A stretch of DNA of 64,000 bases, from contig NC_091993.1 of NCBI RefSeq assembly GCF_044704955.1, forward strand, positions 117,490,001 to 117,554,000, in the 5' to 3' direction. The stretch comes from Pristiophorus japonicus. Taxonomy: Eukaryota. Made by a program: the position numbers and the translations under genes. The notes below the pieces were generated by a model. The model ran no database searches. It saw only the letters and a list, made by a program, of their open reading frames with translations, and was not told the DNA's origin. Positions 13,688-25,970 of the stretch are shown one piece after another. The stretch's first letter is position 1; every line of letters begins with the position of its first letter.

Positions 13688-14437
13688 CCCTGGAAGAGTC
13701 CGTGTTCCATGTTTTAATTGAATATGCGAGGTTGCAGCCCTTATTCCAATATTTGAAGGGGCTGCTCCTCAAATTCTGGTTGCACTTCAGTCCCACACTC
13801 CTGATCTTTGGACACCCTGTGCGGAGGCGAGCGGGCAGGTCGGAAGGCCTCCTGGAAGGACTGCTCCTAGGCATGACCAAGGAGGCCATCAGCCGGTCCA
13901 GGCAGCGGGCAGTCGAGGGGGTCGTTCAGCCTGATTGCCTGCCTCTCTTCCGTGGTTACATCCGAGCCATGATGTCCCTGGAGATGGAGCACGCGGTGTC
14001 CACCGGTACGCTCGCGGCCTTCCGCGAGAGGTGGGCACCGGAGGGATTGGAGTGAATCATCAGCCCCGGCAATCAAATTTTAATTTGATTTTATGTCTAA
14101 ATATTAATTTATTTAACTTGCTGGTTTTAGTGCCCTCCGCCATTTAGCCAGGGCTCACTTGTATAATTTGTGTTTCAGTGCCCTCAAAAAAAAACAAGGG
14201 GGCACTTGAAAAGTTTTTGGAGTGTGCCCCCCCCCTTTCAGGGGGCACTTGATTACTGATTGCAACTAAAATAGTTGTAGAGCTGTTGCACCAGTGGAAC
14301 TGAAGTGCATCATCACCCCTGGCAACCAAATTTTAATTTGATTTAAGTTCACGGTAAAAAGATAATTTGTTTATTTGTCGGTTTTAGTGCCCCTCGTTAA
14401 TAAGAGGACACTTGATTTATAGTTTTGCACTAAAATA
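13688..14437 (+). mobile_element. Tx1-clade non-LTR retrotransposon 3' fragments (long + short)
   Basis: ORF2 C-terminus EESVFHVLIEYARLQPLF...LLLGMTKEAI..., 3'UTR ending ctaaaata. Copy from about 63276. Confidence 0.78.
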
Positions 14438-14665
14438 GTTGTAGAGCTGCTGCATTGTGAGTTGCTTAACCAATCACGTGATGTTCACAAGACTCAATAA
14501 AACCCCAGACAGTTGGGTCTAGGTCATCCATGATGAGGTATGCGGTTGTGAGCCGAGTGGATGAACTGGTAATGTGTAGTGTGATTGTTAAACCTTTGTT
14601 AATAAACTAACTAGTTCTGAATAGCAATGTGTTGCTATGAATTCTTAAGCAAAGAACCCATGAAG

Positions 14666-15580
14666 TTTGGGTCCCCAGTGGAGTGCACTCTATCTGGGAG
14701 TCCTCCCTCTATTTATTGGGAACTTGGCCTGGAGGGTGTTGCACGGAGCAGTCCCGTGCAATAAGTTTTTAAGTTGGGTCACGGGCTCTCAGGCTGCCTC
14801 TAATTTCTGCGGTCGGGAAGAGCCCGTGTTCCACATTTTTAACGAATGTGTGTGGTTGCAGCCCCTCTTCCAATATTTGAAGGGGCTGCTCCTGAAATTC
14901 TGGTTGTACTTCAGTCCCACACTCCTGATCTTTGGGCACCCTGTGCGGAGGGGAGCAGGCAGGTCGGAAGGCCTCCTCATAGGAGTGCTCCTGGGCATGG
15001 CCAAGTGGGCCATCAGCCAGTCCAGGCAGCGGGCAATCGAAGGGGTCATTCAGCCCGACTGCCTGCCTCTCTTCCGAGGTTACATCCGAGCTAGGGTGTC
15101 CCTGGAGATGGAGCATGCAGTGTCCTCCGGTAAACTCACAGCCTTCCATGAGAGTTCAGCGCCGGAGGGACTGGAGTGAATCATCACCTCTGGCAACCAA
15201 ATTTTAAATTGATTTTATGTGCAAAAGTTAATTTGTTTAATTTGGCACTTTTAGTGCTCCACCCCCATTTAGCCAGGGGGCACTTGTATAATTTGTGTTT
15301 CAGTGCCCTCAAAAAAAAACAAGGAGGCACTTGAAAAGTTCTTTTGGAGTGTGTCCCCCCTCCCCCCACCTCCGCTTTAATCAGGGGGCACTTGATTATT
15401 GTCTTCAACTAAAATAGTTGTAGAGCTGTTGGGCCGGTAGAACTGGAGTGCATCATCACCCCTGGCAACCAAATTTTAATTTGATTTAAGTTCATGATAA
15501 AAGGTTAATTTGTTTATTTGTCGGTTTTACTGTCCCCTATTAATAAGGGGGCACTTGATTTATAGTTTTGCACTAAAATA
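14666..15580 (+). mobile_element. Tx1-clade 3' fragments, second unit (long + short)
   Basis: LAWRVLHGAVPCN...NFCGREEPVFHIFNEC zinc-finger region typical of L1/Tx1 ORF2 C-termini. Confidence 0.8.
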
Positions 15581-15828
15581 GTTGTAGAGCTGTTGCATTG
15601 TGAGTTGCTTAGCCAATCACGTGATGTTCACAGACTCAATAAAACCCCAGTCAGTTGGGTCTAAGTCATCCACGATGAGGTATGCAGTTGTGAGCCTAGT
15701 GGATGAACTGGTAATGTGTAGTGTGATAGTTTATTAACAAAGGTTTAACAAACTAGTTCTGAATAGCAATGTGTTGCTATGAATACTTAAGCAAAGAATC
15801 CATGAAGAAAATACATTACAAGAACAGT

Positions 15829-18054
15829 GGCCCTGATTTTGTGTTGAGAATGAAGGTAAAGCGAACAGTGTTCACCGGAATTACGGAGTAAATGGGATCA
15901 GGAACTTCCTGAGTACACACATGCGCAGTTAAACATGGAAATCCAGAAGTTGCGATCCGAGTTACCCTCGGCATTGAAATCAGTGAATGGGTACTTACCC
16001 ACTAGTTACCCATTATATATGGCAGGAAAAGGGCTGTTGCATTCAGGTGTAACTGAATTTTTAACAGCATGATAAATCATAATTACTGTCAAACAACCGC
16101 TCTTTTTATTTCACAAGTGTGGATGCTCATTCCTTCAGAATTTAGTTAATGTTTTAGAATTAAAAGTAAGAAATATATACATTTTTAAACTTTTTCTGTC
16201 TGTCTATTTTATCTCTCTCTCTTAATCCAATCTTTTCCTCCAATCTTTATTTTGTTTCTGTACGTGATTTAAATCCATTTTATACCACCTGCTTTAGATT
16301 CTGCCGCGGCGAAGTTGGTCTCTGGAGCGCCGCTTATCCTGCTGCATCCTGTTGTTTGCCACCTGCTCCTGCAAGAAAGAGGGAAATGTATCAATGAGTG
16401 TGGTGCAATATGTTTGGGTGGTGTGGTTGTCATGATTCAATAGCTGTCGGTGTGTGCAGGCTGTGGGATGTGCTGTGAGTCTTGCACCAGTGCTAAATGT
16501 GTGAGGGTCAGGTACAGTATATGAATGTTTGGAATGAGTCTTGGTTGATAGATATTGTTGGTAGACGAGTGATGGGTGTTATATGAATAGAGCAGTGGAG
16601 GAGGTTAATGATGCAGTTGGTAGGATTTGACATTTGGAGATGCAGTCACTGACCTTGACAAATCTTGTGGGATCATTAAGGGGCCGATTTTCATCCAGGC
16701 CTCCGCCCATCCAAGTGCCGCCCAAAGTGCTGCTGATGGCCGCCCAGGTACCGGATGGTACTTTCGGTGGGATATTCATCGCCGAGGTCCCTCGAAGGTC
16801 GGCGGGCGGCAAGTGGACGATGCACGCCGCCAATCGAGGCAGCAGCGGGCGGGAGGTCCCATTCTCGGCGGCAGAGATGCTTGCTGCCCGAGTGTCACCG
16901 AGGATGGAATCGGGCCTATGGAGGGTTGAAGACCTGAAAAAAAAAATGCAGGAGTAAAAAATAAAAAAACTATTGGAAGACCTCCAGGGGACCCCATGCA
17001 GGTACGTCACTGTGGAATTAAAAAAAAATGTTCACTTACCTTTTTTTCAGGTTCTTCATACTGACCGTCGGGGACAGACCAGCCTCCATGCAGTGGTCCA
17101 CCCCCGTTCTGCCACCGAGCCTCGCCGACTCCCACCCGCAGAAATCTGGCAGCTCGGCGGGCGGGAGGTCTGTCGCGCCACTCGGCTGGCCGCTGATGTC
17201 AGCACACGGTTACCAGCGGCTCTCCCCTCCCTCCTGCTCCAGGCCACCTCGAATGTGGCACTGGGCGGAGCAAGAAGAGCATTGTCGGTGGCAGTGAGCG
17301 GCAGCGAGCAGTGAGGTGATGGATTTCAGCCCCGAAACTTCTTCCTTCACTGCATCCAGTTCCCTAGGGCTGTTCTCCGAGCATTAATCTCCTCTGCTAT
17401 CACTTCCCACTGCCTTCTGAGCTTGTTTCTGGAGGGTCCCCACCCCACCCTGAGGATACAAGACTTCTCTCCTTTCCATCTCTTCCACCAAGACCTCCGG
17501 TGCAGTGTCTGAAAAACCTTGGTGCATGTTCTCTCCCGTGGTCAGCCATTGTTGATTCTTCCACAGCACAATATTCAGAATGTTCTCAGCCCCACCAGCA
17601 GCCACAATGCACCTCCCCTTTCAGAGGTAGGGCCAGATTGAAGTAGTACTAGCCACTGCTGATGAGTGCCACCAATGAATCATGTGGGGAGCGCTGGCTG
17701 CAAACAAAAACTAAGGAAATGAACAGGCAGCACAAAGTTGGTGCCTTGCCTGGGTTGCAATAAATGGGCACGGGTTAATCCTCAATAGCGATCCCTTTGC
17801 CCATTTTGTGGGGCTTATCCAAATTAGCACCCTGCGTGTCTCAGTGTGGATCCTGTAATCTGATTCATTGAAGAGACTTACTGTTTCTTGACTTGCTCAC
17901 TGATGCCACAGATCCCCTATAGAGGGTGCCGCTCTCAATCAGCTGCCAGATGACAGCAAGTCTACGCTCAAATGTTGCAAAATCTCCGTGGGCAGCTGTC
18001 AGTGTAGTGAACGGTGAGCATCGTTCCTTTGCCGCTGATCGCAAAATCCAGGCC
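15829..18054 (-). mobile_element. PIF/Harbinger-derived element with decayed Myb/SANT-like ORF
   Basis: Imperfect TIRs GGCCCTGATTTTGTG / CGCAAAATCCAGGCC. Minus strand reads FSDTAPEVLVEEMERREVLYP...RNWMQ*RKKFNDPTRFVK|gtcagt. Confidence 0.6.
16680..17333. mobile_element. GC-rich Harbinger-type MITE nested in the Myb/SANT ORF
   Basis: Ends GGGGCCGATTTTC / GGATTTCAGCCCC, flanks TAA/GAA. Removing it restores KKFND. Confidence 0.65.
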
Positions 18055-18229
18055 TAGGAGACGCACTGTTATAAGTAATAATGTGTATTTCTTTATTGTA
18101 ACAGATATATCTCCACTTGTGAAGTGTTCCCAAATACTACAACCGTAATTACATGCATAAAGCCTGATCCCCAGATAGACCAGCCTGTTTGTCCAATATC
18201 CAGTCCTGGATGTGTTAAAATATCTTCCA

Positions 18230-19015
18230 ATTAAAATTGATAGGACCAAAGCAATTGTCTTCATCCCCGCCACAAACACCGATCGCTAGCCATGGATTTC
18301 ACCCACTTCCCAGGCCCCAGTCTGAAGCTAAACCAGGCTGTGCGACCTCAGTGTCCTATTTGAACCTGAGCTGAGCTCCCGACCCCGGAATGCTTTCTAT
18401 CACCAAGACCGACAACATCCACCTGCGTAATAACACCCATCTCCAACCTTGCCTCAGCCCATCTGCTGCTGAAATCTTCATCCATACTGTTGTTTAACTC
18501 TCGACTCCACTATACCAATGCTCTCCTGGCCAGCCTCCCACCTTCCACCCTCCATCAACTTAAGCTCATCCAAAACTCTGCAGCCCGTATCCTAACTCGT
18601 ACCGAGTCCTATTCACTCATCACCCCCATGCTCACTGATCTACATTGGCACCCAGTCCCCAAATGCCTCGATTTTAAAATTCTTATCCTTGTGTTCAAAT
18701 CCCTCCATGGCCTCGGCCCTTCCTATATTTGTAACCCCTCCACAAACTCTGTGTTCCTCCAACTCCAACTCTTGTTCATTCCCCCACTTCCTTCACCCCA
18801 CCATTGATGGCAATGTCTTCAGCCATCTAGGTCCTAATCTCCAGAATTGCCTTACTAAAGCTCACCACTTTCTTTGACCTAACATTTTGTCACCTGTCCT
18901 AATGGCTCCTTCTTTGGCTCTGTCTCAATTTTGTCTGATTACATTCCTATAAAGTGCCTTGGGACAATTTACTTTCTTGACGGCGCTATATAAATGCAAG
19001 TAATTGCTGTTGTTG
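18230..19015 (+). mobile_element. L2 LINE 3' fragment
   Basis: RLHYTNALL...LIQNSAARILT...ITPMLTDLHW...DFKILILVFKSLHG. L2-type tail gcgctatataaatgcaag. Confidence 0.85.
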
Positions 19016-19489
19016 ATGTTAATCCCAGTAATGAGTCAACAACAATAAATGAACGTGCTTCTCAAGCAACGGCTGTTGCAATGAGAGGTCTATCTTTTTA
19101 ATTTTGTTAAGAGTGAAACTTTATGCACGTACAGCAGTTTATATTTAAAGACCTGAATTTCCCCACTGCAAACAACGGTTAGGAAATTTTGGGTATGCAG
19201 AGAATGCAGTGGATAAATGTTTTATCCTAAATGAACACGAATTCAGTTTTAGCACAATTCCATTAATTACTTAAATACTTTAGGGGTTGAGAGAGTTGGG
19301 CTCTTAATAAAATGTGTTTTCAAGTTTGCTGCAGCTTGCGATGGTCATTGTGGTTTGAAACTGCAAATAAATGTGTTGTAATTGTCAGGGTGGATGTGTG
19401 ACAGAAACCCATCAATGTACAATGGCAGGAGGTGTCAGTTACTAAATGAAGGGTTGTGTGTGAAAGTGGGAGAAGAAGAACTACAATAT

Positions 19490-20000
19490 TACAGGGCTTT
19501 TTACAGACAGGCATCATGGGTGCTGGTCCATTTATTGGACACCAGATGATGCAGATGGAAGAAACAGTGGAGAGGTGTACAGGGGACATACGGGCCACAC
19601 CATGGTGTGGACCACTGACCCCAGGGGGAAGCATTACTGAGCTAGATGTAGTTTTATAAATCTTAAAGAGAAGGAGAGGCTAAAGCTGAGCAAAGACTAT
19701 TTAATTGATCCATATGACGTGCTCCCAAAAGACCTAAGGAAGCAGTCAACATTTAAACTGTGCTGTTCGGGGAAGTCAGAGTTACCACAGTTCTCAACAT
19801 TGACATACCTTCCAAGAACGAGTGGCAGATATCTCAGGAGTCGGTGGAAATGCTGTCAACTGTTGCACAAGGGACATTACAGAGGTCTTCCAAAGGCACC
19901 CTCATGGGCACACAACATTCAGCAATACCAAACGGGAACAGCAGGCAAGGCTGTTTGCTTCTCACTGTGTGTGTAGGTTCTCAAAGGTGCAGGGCTGCGC
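19490..20000 (+). mobile_element. Highly decayed Harbinger transposase N-terminal fragment
   Basis: Pieces EVRVTTVLN, FQERVADISGV..NAVNCCTRDITEVF and RFSKVQGC parallel the transposase at 21799-22450. Confidence 0.55.
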
Positions 20001-21049
20001 TTTCCCCATAGCCCTGCTTTGTTTTTCTTGACAAGTATATATCCAATTCCCTATTCAAGATCTTTTGGGTAGTTTTCCACAGAAAGGATTTTGAAAAGTT
20101 GTTATAGAAACATAGAAACATAGAAACATAGAAACTAGGTGCAGGAGTAGGCCATTTGGCCCTTCGAGCCTGCACCACCATTCAATAAGATCATGGCTGA
20201 TCATTCAACTTCAGACAGCATCTGTGAAGAGAGAAACAGTTTTTCAGGTCAATGGGCTTGAATGAGAACTGGGTTCTGTGGTCCTGATCATTTGTGTCTC
20301 ATTCCACAGATGCTGCCTGGCCTGTAAGGTTATGGAAACATATTCAGCTCATCTAAAATCTGCCAACGCTGATTTTAGAGCAATTAGGTTAATGGCTATA
20401 ATTATGTTTTAAAGCGTAATGTATTCATCAAAGTTAAAATAAAAAGGGAAGGAGGGTTTGAAATGATAAATAGTTAAGATGCAAATGAAGTAACTTTGTT
20501 GTTGTTCCCTCATAGATTGTAAATAATAAGCAATGCGTTAGGTTATCTTGGTAATCAATAAGCAAACCGCACGATTTGTTTGGGGAACTTTTGGTCCCAG
20601 GTGCTCAGTAGTAGGTTTAGCCGGCTTTTATTTTCAGGTTGTGATTAATGGGAGATAAACCACACCGAGGCAGGCAAACATGGAGAGACTTTCTGAAACA
20701 GCAATGCTACAATGGCACTCAGGTTTGCTAAAGAGCAACCTATAAGGGCTTCACTGAAGTGAAGAAGTTAGACATTTTAGAGGATTCTTTGTCTAAGTGA
20801 GGTAAGGTGACCCACTGATGTGGGCCAGCATGGCATGAAGTGGATTGAGCCTCTTCGAGCTGCTGCACAGATCCATACAGTGAAGGTCATTGGCCGTAAG
20901 ACTGGTTACTGTGGTTACACAGGCAACCGTGGCAGCCAACTTACACACAGCAAGGCCCCATAAACACGTATGAAATAAATGAGCAGTTAATATCTTTTGG
21001 TGGCGTCGTTTCAGTGATAAATAGAGGTGAGGAAACCAGAAAAACAGAA

Positions 21050-21345
21050 GAACATAAGAAATAGGAGCAAGAGTAGGTCAGTAGGCGCCTCGAGCCTGAG
21101 ACCATTACATTCCCAGCTGGCTTTGTATCATCAGCAAACTTGGATATATTACATTTGGTCCCCTCATCCAAATCATTGATATATATTGTGAATAGTTGAG
21201 GCCCAAGCACCGATCCTTGCGACATCCCACTAGTTACAGCCTGACAACCCAAAAATGACAAGTTTATTCCTACTCTCGGTTTTCTGTCCGTTAACCAATC
21301 CTCAATCCATGCTAGTATATTACCCTCAATCCCATAAACCCTGAG
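21050..21345 (-). mobile_element. Internally deleted CR1 fragment
   Basis: [18 protein letters not shown]...KFADDTK joined directly to a 3' tail. Confidence 0.8.
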
Positions 21346-21349
21346 TTTA

Positions 21350-21545
21350 TTTAATAGAACTCCCCTGCTTCTCTTTGAATAGTGCCGTGGGATCTTTTAT
21401 GCCACCTGAACAGGTTGATGGGATCGCAACATCTTATTTGAAAGTTAGCACTGCATTTAGGTGTCAGCGTAGAGTTTGTGCACAAGTCTTGCATGGGGCT
21501 TGAACCCGTGACCTTCTGAGTCAGCGGCAGCTGTGGTGTCTGAAT
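21350..21545 (-). mobile_element. tRNA-derived SINE with Deu-like core (SacSINE1-like)
   Basis: Minus strand has box B GGTTCAAGCC followed by CAGGTGGCATAAAAGATCCCACGGCACTATTCAAAGAGAAGCAGGGGAGTTCT, which resembles the DeuSINE core. Recognised from memory, not aligned. Confidence 0.65.
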
Positions 21546-21744
21546 GTCCACAATGTGAGGCTTTTGTTACTTAGAAAAGTTGTTGTTCCAGTGAGGGAGC
21601 TGCACCAATTAAATCCTGCTTATTGGGGATTTGCTTACTGTTAACGATTTGAAAGAAAGAACTTGCATTTCTATCGTGCCTTTCACATCTTCTGGACATC
21701 CCAAAGCACTTTGCAGCCAATTAATTAATATTGAGGTGCAGTCA

Positions 21745-22540
21745 CACGCGTAGGGGCATCATGAGCCAGGTGGCGAGGCCGTACCCTTTGTCTCCCAGTC
21801 ACCAGCTCTGCCCTTCTGCCTGCATCTGAAACATGGCAGATGTAATGAACGCATCATGGGTGCTCCCAGGGTATCTTGCATCAACTGACATGATGCGATG
21901 CATGTTGTCACACACGAGCTGCACATTAATGGAGTGGAAGCTGTTTCTGTTCCTGTACATCTCAGAATCCTCCAAAGGTGCTCGCAACGTGATGTGGGTA
22001 CAATCAATGCAGCCCTGTACCTTGGGCAAACCAGCAATCCTGGAGAAACCCACAGCCCTGTCACACATTGCCTGGGTGATCATGGGGAACTTTATGTAGT
22101 CATTCTTCCGGAGATGTAGTGCAGCAATCACCTGCCGAATGCAGATATGTGTTGCAAGTCGAGAAATAAATGGCGCACACATCCTCAGTTGTAGCTTGGA
22201 ATGATCCAGATTCATAGAATGAAAGTGCAGCTTTAACCTTCATTTCGACTGAAAAAGCAGTATTCCTGATGCTTCTAGGTTGCAGGTCTGCTTTTACTAA
22301 CTCACAGCTCTCAATTACAACTTCCTTGCGGAAACTCAGCCTTCTGACACAGTCTGCATCACTCAGGTGCAGGTAGAAACGCCTGTCTCGATATACCCGA
22401 TGTGGGTAAGGCGTCCTGCCCATCACCCTATGTGCTCTGAGCTTCCTCATACGATGACGTCAAATCAACTGTCTCCCATCATGCAGAAGGCTTGCAGAAG
22501 TTATGGCATTGTCAGTATTGCCCCCATGATTAAATGTTAC
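21745..22540 (-). mobile_element. Harbinger (HARBI1-like DDE) transposase pseudogene
   Basis: GLPKVQGCIDCTHI, YRNRNSFHSINVQLVCD and ARYPGSTHDAFI motifs, frameshifted. A probable terminal segment ends GGAAATTTGAGCCC at 26301 beyond the CR1 insertion. Confidence 0.88.
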
Positions 22541-23028
22541 CTTTGCAAGAAGCTCAAAACGGCAGGCAGGCAGGACAAGTTTAATTGTTCTCTCTACCCA
22601 CAAGGTCTGTATGGATCATACACAGGTCTGAGCAGGCACAGTGATCGGGAACGCCCCCCCCCCCCCACCCCCTGCAAACCCCCAGGCTTCATTTGATGCG
22701 GTGTAGGCTTCTGATGCCTTCTGTATACATTCCACAGCCCCCCCCGACTCCACTTCCCTGGGCTTGATTTGATGGGTAGTGCAGGCTTCATATGCCTTCT
22801 GTATGCCTTCTACAGCCCCCCACCTCCCCCTCCCCCCACCCTGCCGGAAACTTAGCCCCGAGCCCCTGTGTTCGTGCGAATATCAAATTCTGCCGGCCGA
22901 CACTCCGATCCTTGAGCCCCGTGGTGGCGTGTCAGTTTTAAAAAGATGAAAACTTCAAGAATTCCATTAAGGTTCCATTTTCTGCGTTTTATGGTAAAAG
23001 AATTAAGCTTTATTCTGCATGTTTAAGT

Positions 23029-25970
23029 AGAAACATAGAAAATAGGTGCAGGAGTAGGCCATTCGGCCCTTCTAGCCTGCACCGCCATTCAATGAGTTCA
23101 TGGCTGAACATGCAACTTCAGTACCCCATTCCTGCTTTCTCACCATACCCCTTGATCCCCCTAGTAGTAAGGACTTCATCTAACTCCTTTTTGAATATAT
23201 TTAATGAATTGGCCTCAACAACTTTCTGTGGTAGAGAATTCCACAGGTTCACCACTCTCTGGGTGAAGAAATTCCTCCTCATCTCGGTCCTAAATGGCTT
23301 CCCCCTTATCCTTAGACTGTGTCCCCTGGTTCTGGACTTCCCCAACATTGGGAACATTCTTCCTGCAACTAACCTGTCTAACCCCGTCAGAATTTTAAAT
23401 GTTTCTATGAGGTCGCCTCTCATTCTTCTGAACTCCAGTGAATACAAGCCCAGTTGATCCAGTCTTTCTTGATAGGTCAGTCCCGCCATCCCGGGAATCA
23501 GTCTGGTGAACCTTCGCTGCACTCCCTCAATAGCAAGAATGTCCTTCCTCAGGTTAGGAGACCAAAACTGTACACAATACTCCAGGTGTGGCCTCACCAA
23601 GGCCCTGTACAATTGTAGCAACACCTCCCTGCCCTTGTACTCAAATCCCCTCGCTATGAAGGCCAACATGCCATTTGCTTTCTTAACCGCCTGCTGTACC
23701 TGCATGCCAACCTTCAATGACTGATGTACCATGACACCCAGGTCTCTTTGCACCTGCCCTTTTCCTAATCTGTCACCATTCAGATAATAGTCTGTCTCTC
23801 TGTTTTTACCACCAAAGTGGATAACCTCACATTTATCCACATTATACTTCATCTGCCATGCATTTGCCCACTCACCTAACCTATCCAAGTCGCTCTGCAG
23901 CCTCATAGAATCCTCCTTGCAGCTCACACTGCCACCCAACTTAGTGTCATCCGCAAATTTGGAGATACTACATTTAATCCCCTCGTCTAAATCATTAATG
24001 TACAGTGTAAACAGCTGGGGCCCCAGCACAGAACCCTGCGGCACCCCACTAGTCACTGCCTGCCATTCTCAAAAGTACCCGTTTACTCCTACTCTTTGCT
24101 TCCTGTCTGACAACCAGTTCTCAATCCATGTCAGCACACTACCCCCAATCCCATGTGCTTTAACTTTGCACATTAATCTCTTGTGTGGGACTTTGTCGAA
24201 AGCCTTCTGAAAGTCCAAATATACCACATCAACTGGTTCTCCCTTGTCCACTCTACTGGAAACATCCTCAAAAAATTCCAGAAGATTTGTCAAGCATGAT
24301 TTCCCTTTCACAAATCCATGCTGACTTGGACCTATCATATTACCTCTTTCCAAATGCACTGCGATGACATCCTTAATAATTGATTCCATCATTTTACCCA
24401 CTACCGATGTCAGGCTGACCGGTCTGCAATTCCCTGTTTTCTCTCTCCCTCCTTTTTTAAAAAGTGGGGTTACATTGGCTACCCTCCACTCCATAGGAAC
24501 TGATCCAGAGTCAATGGAATGTTGGAAAATGACTGTCAATGCATCCACTATTTCCAAGGCCACCTCCTTAAGTACTCTGGGATGCAGTCCATCAGGCCCT
24601 GGGGATTTATCGGTCTTCAATCCCATCAATTTCCCCAACACAATTTCCCGACTAATAAGGATTTCCCTCAGTTCCTCCTCCTTACTAGACCCTCCGACCC
24701 CTTTTATATCCGGAAGGTTGTTTGTGTCCTCCTCAGTGAATACCGAACCAAAGTACTTGTTCAATTGGTCCGCCATTTCTTTGTTCCCCGTTATGACTTC
24801 CCCTGATTCTGACTGCAGGGGACCCACGTTTGTCTTTACTAACATTTTTCTCTTTACATATCTATAGAAACTTTTGCAATCCGTCTTAATGTTCCCTGCA
24901 AGCTTCTTCTCGTACTCCATTTTCCCTGCCCTAATCAAACTCCTCTGCTGAGTTCTAAATTTCTCCCAGTCCCCGGGTTCTCTGCTATTTCTGGCCAATT
25001 TGTATGCCACTTCCTTGGCTTTAATGCTATCCCTGATTTCCCTTGATAGCCACGGTTGAGTCACCTTCCCTTTTTTATTTTTACGACAGACAGGAATGTA
25101 CAATTGTTGTAGTTCATCCATGCGGTCTCTAAATGTCTGCCATTGCCCATCCACAGTCAACCCCTTCAGTATCATTCGTCAATCTATCCTAGCCAATTGA
25201 CGCCTCATACCTTCAAAGTTACCCTTCTTTAAGTTCTGGACCATGGTCTCTGAATTAACTGTTTCATTCTCCATCCTAATGCAGAATTCCACCATATTAT
25301 GGTCACTCTTCCCCAAGGGGCCTCGCACAACGAGATTGCTAATTAATCCTCTCTCATTACACAACACCCAGTCTAAGATGGCCTCCCCCCTAGTTGGTTC
25401 CTCGACATATTGGTCTAAAAAACCATCCCTTATGCACTCCAGGAAATCCTCCTCTACCGTATTGCTTCCAGTTTGGTTAACCCAATCTATGTGCATATTA
25501 AAGTCACCCATTATAACTGATGCACCTTTATTGCACGCACCCCTAATTTCATGTTTGATGCCCTCCCCAACATCACTACTACTGTTTGGAGGTCTGTACA
25601 CAACTCCCACTAACGTTTTTTGTCCTTTGGTATTCTGCAGCTCTACCCATATAGATTCCACATCATCCAAGCTAATGTCCTTCCGAACTATTGCCTTAAT
25701 TTGCTCCTTAACCAGCAATGCTACCCCACCTCCTTTTCCTTTTATTCTATCTTTCCTGAATGTTGAATATCCCTGGATGTTAAGTTCCCAGCCCTGATCA
25801 TCCTGGAGCCACATCTCCGTAATCCCAATCACATCATATTTGTTAACATCTATTTGCACAGTTAATTCATCCACTTTATTGCGGATACTCCTTGCATTAA
25901 GACACAAAGCCTTCAGGCTTGTTCTTTTAACACCCTTTGTCCTTTTAGAATTTTGCTGTACAGTGGCCCT
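23029..25970 (-). mobile_element. Young CR1 LINE with almost intact ORF2 (APE endonuclease + RT)
   Basis: ORFs 25179-26024, 24069-25175 and 23118-24056 are in one frame, separated by single stop codons. Confidence 0.95.

Larger units (their letters stand above)
1..14410 (+). repeat. Segmental tandem duplication, copy A (visible part)
   Basis: Collinear with 49597-64000, offset 49588-49596. ORF translations are near identical. Confidence 0.98.
13639..15820. mobile_element. Solo-LTR-like element hosting Tx1 insertions
   Basis: Ends TATAATGTAT...ATACATTACA (inverted termini, same start as the Gypsy LTR TGTAATGTAT), flanks GGAAC/AGAAC as an imperfect 5-bp TSD, internal AATAAA. The 3' portion is present twice (14454-14665, 15597-15820). 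Confidence 0.7.

Noticed and set aside
13671-15596. Repeat-spacer-like pattern of the 16-bp motif
   Set aside because: The intervening sequences are homologous Tx1 3' ends, so the pattern is better explained as target-site duplications than as an array.
21799-22450. Host gene HARBI1
   Set aside because: Frameshifted, truncated and embedded in transposon sequence, so a Harbinger relic rather than the domesticated gene.
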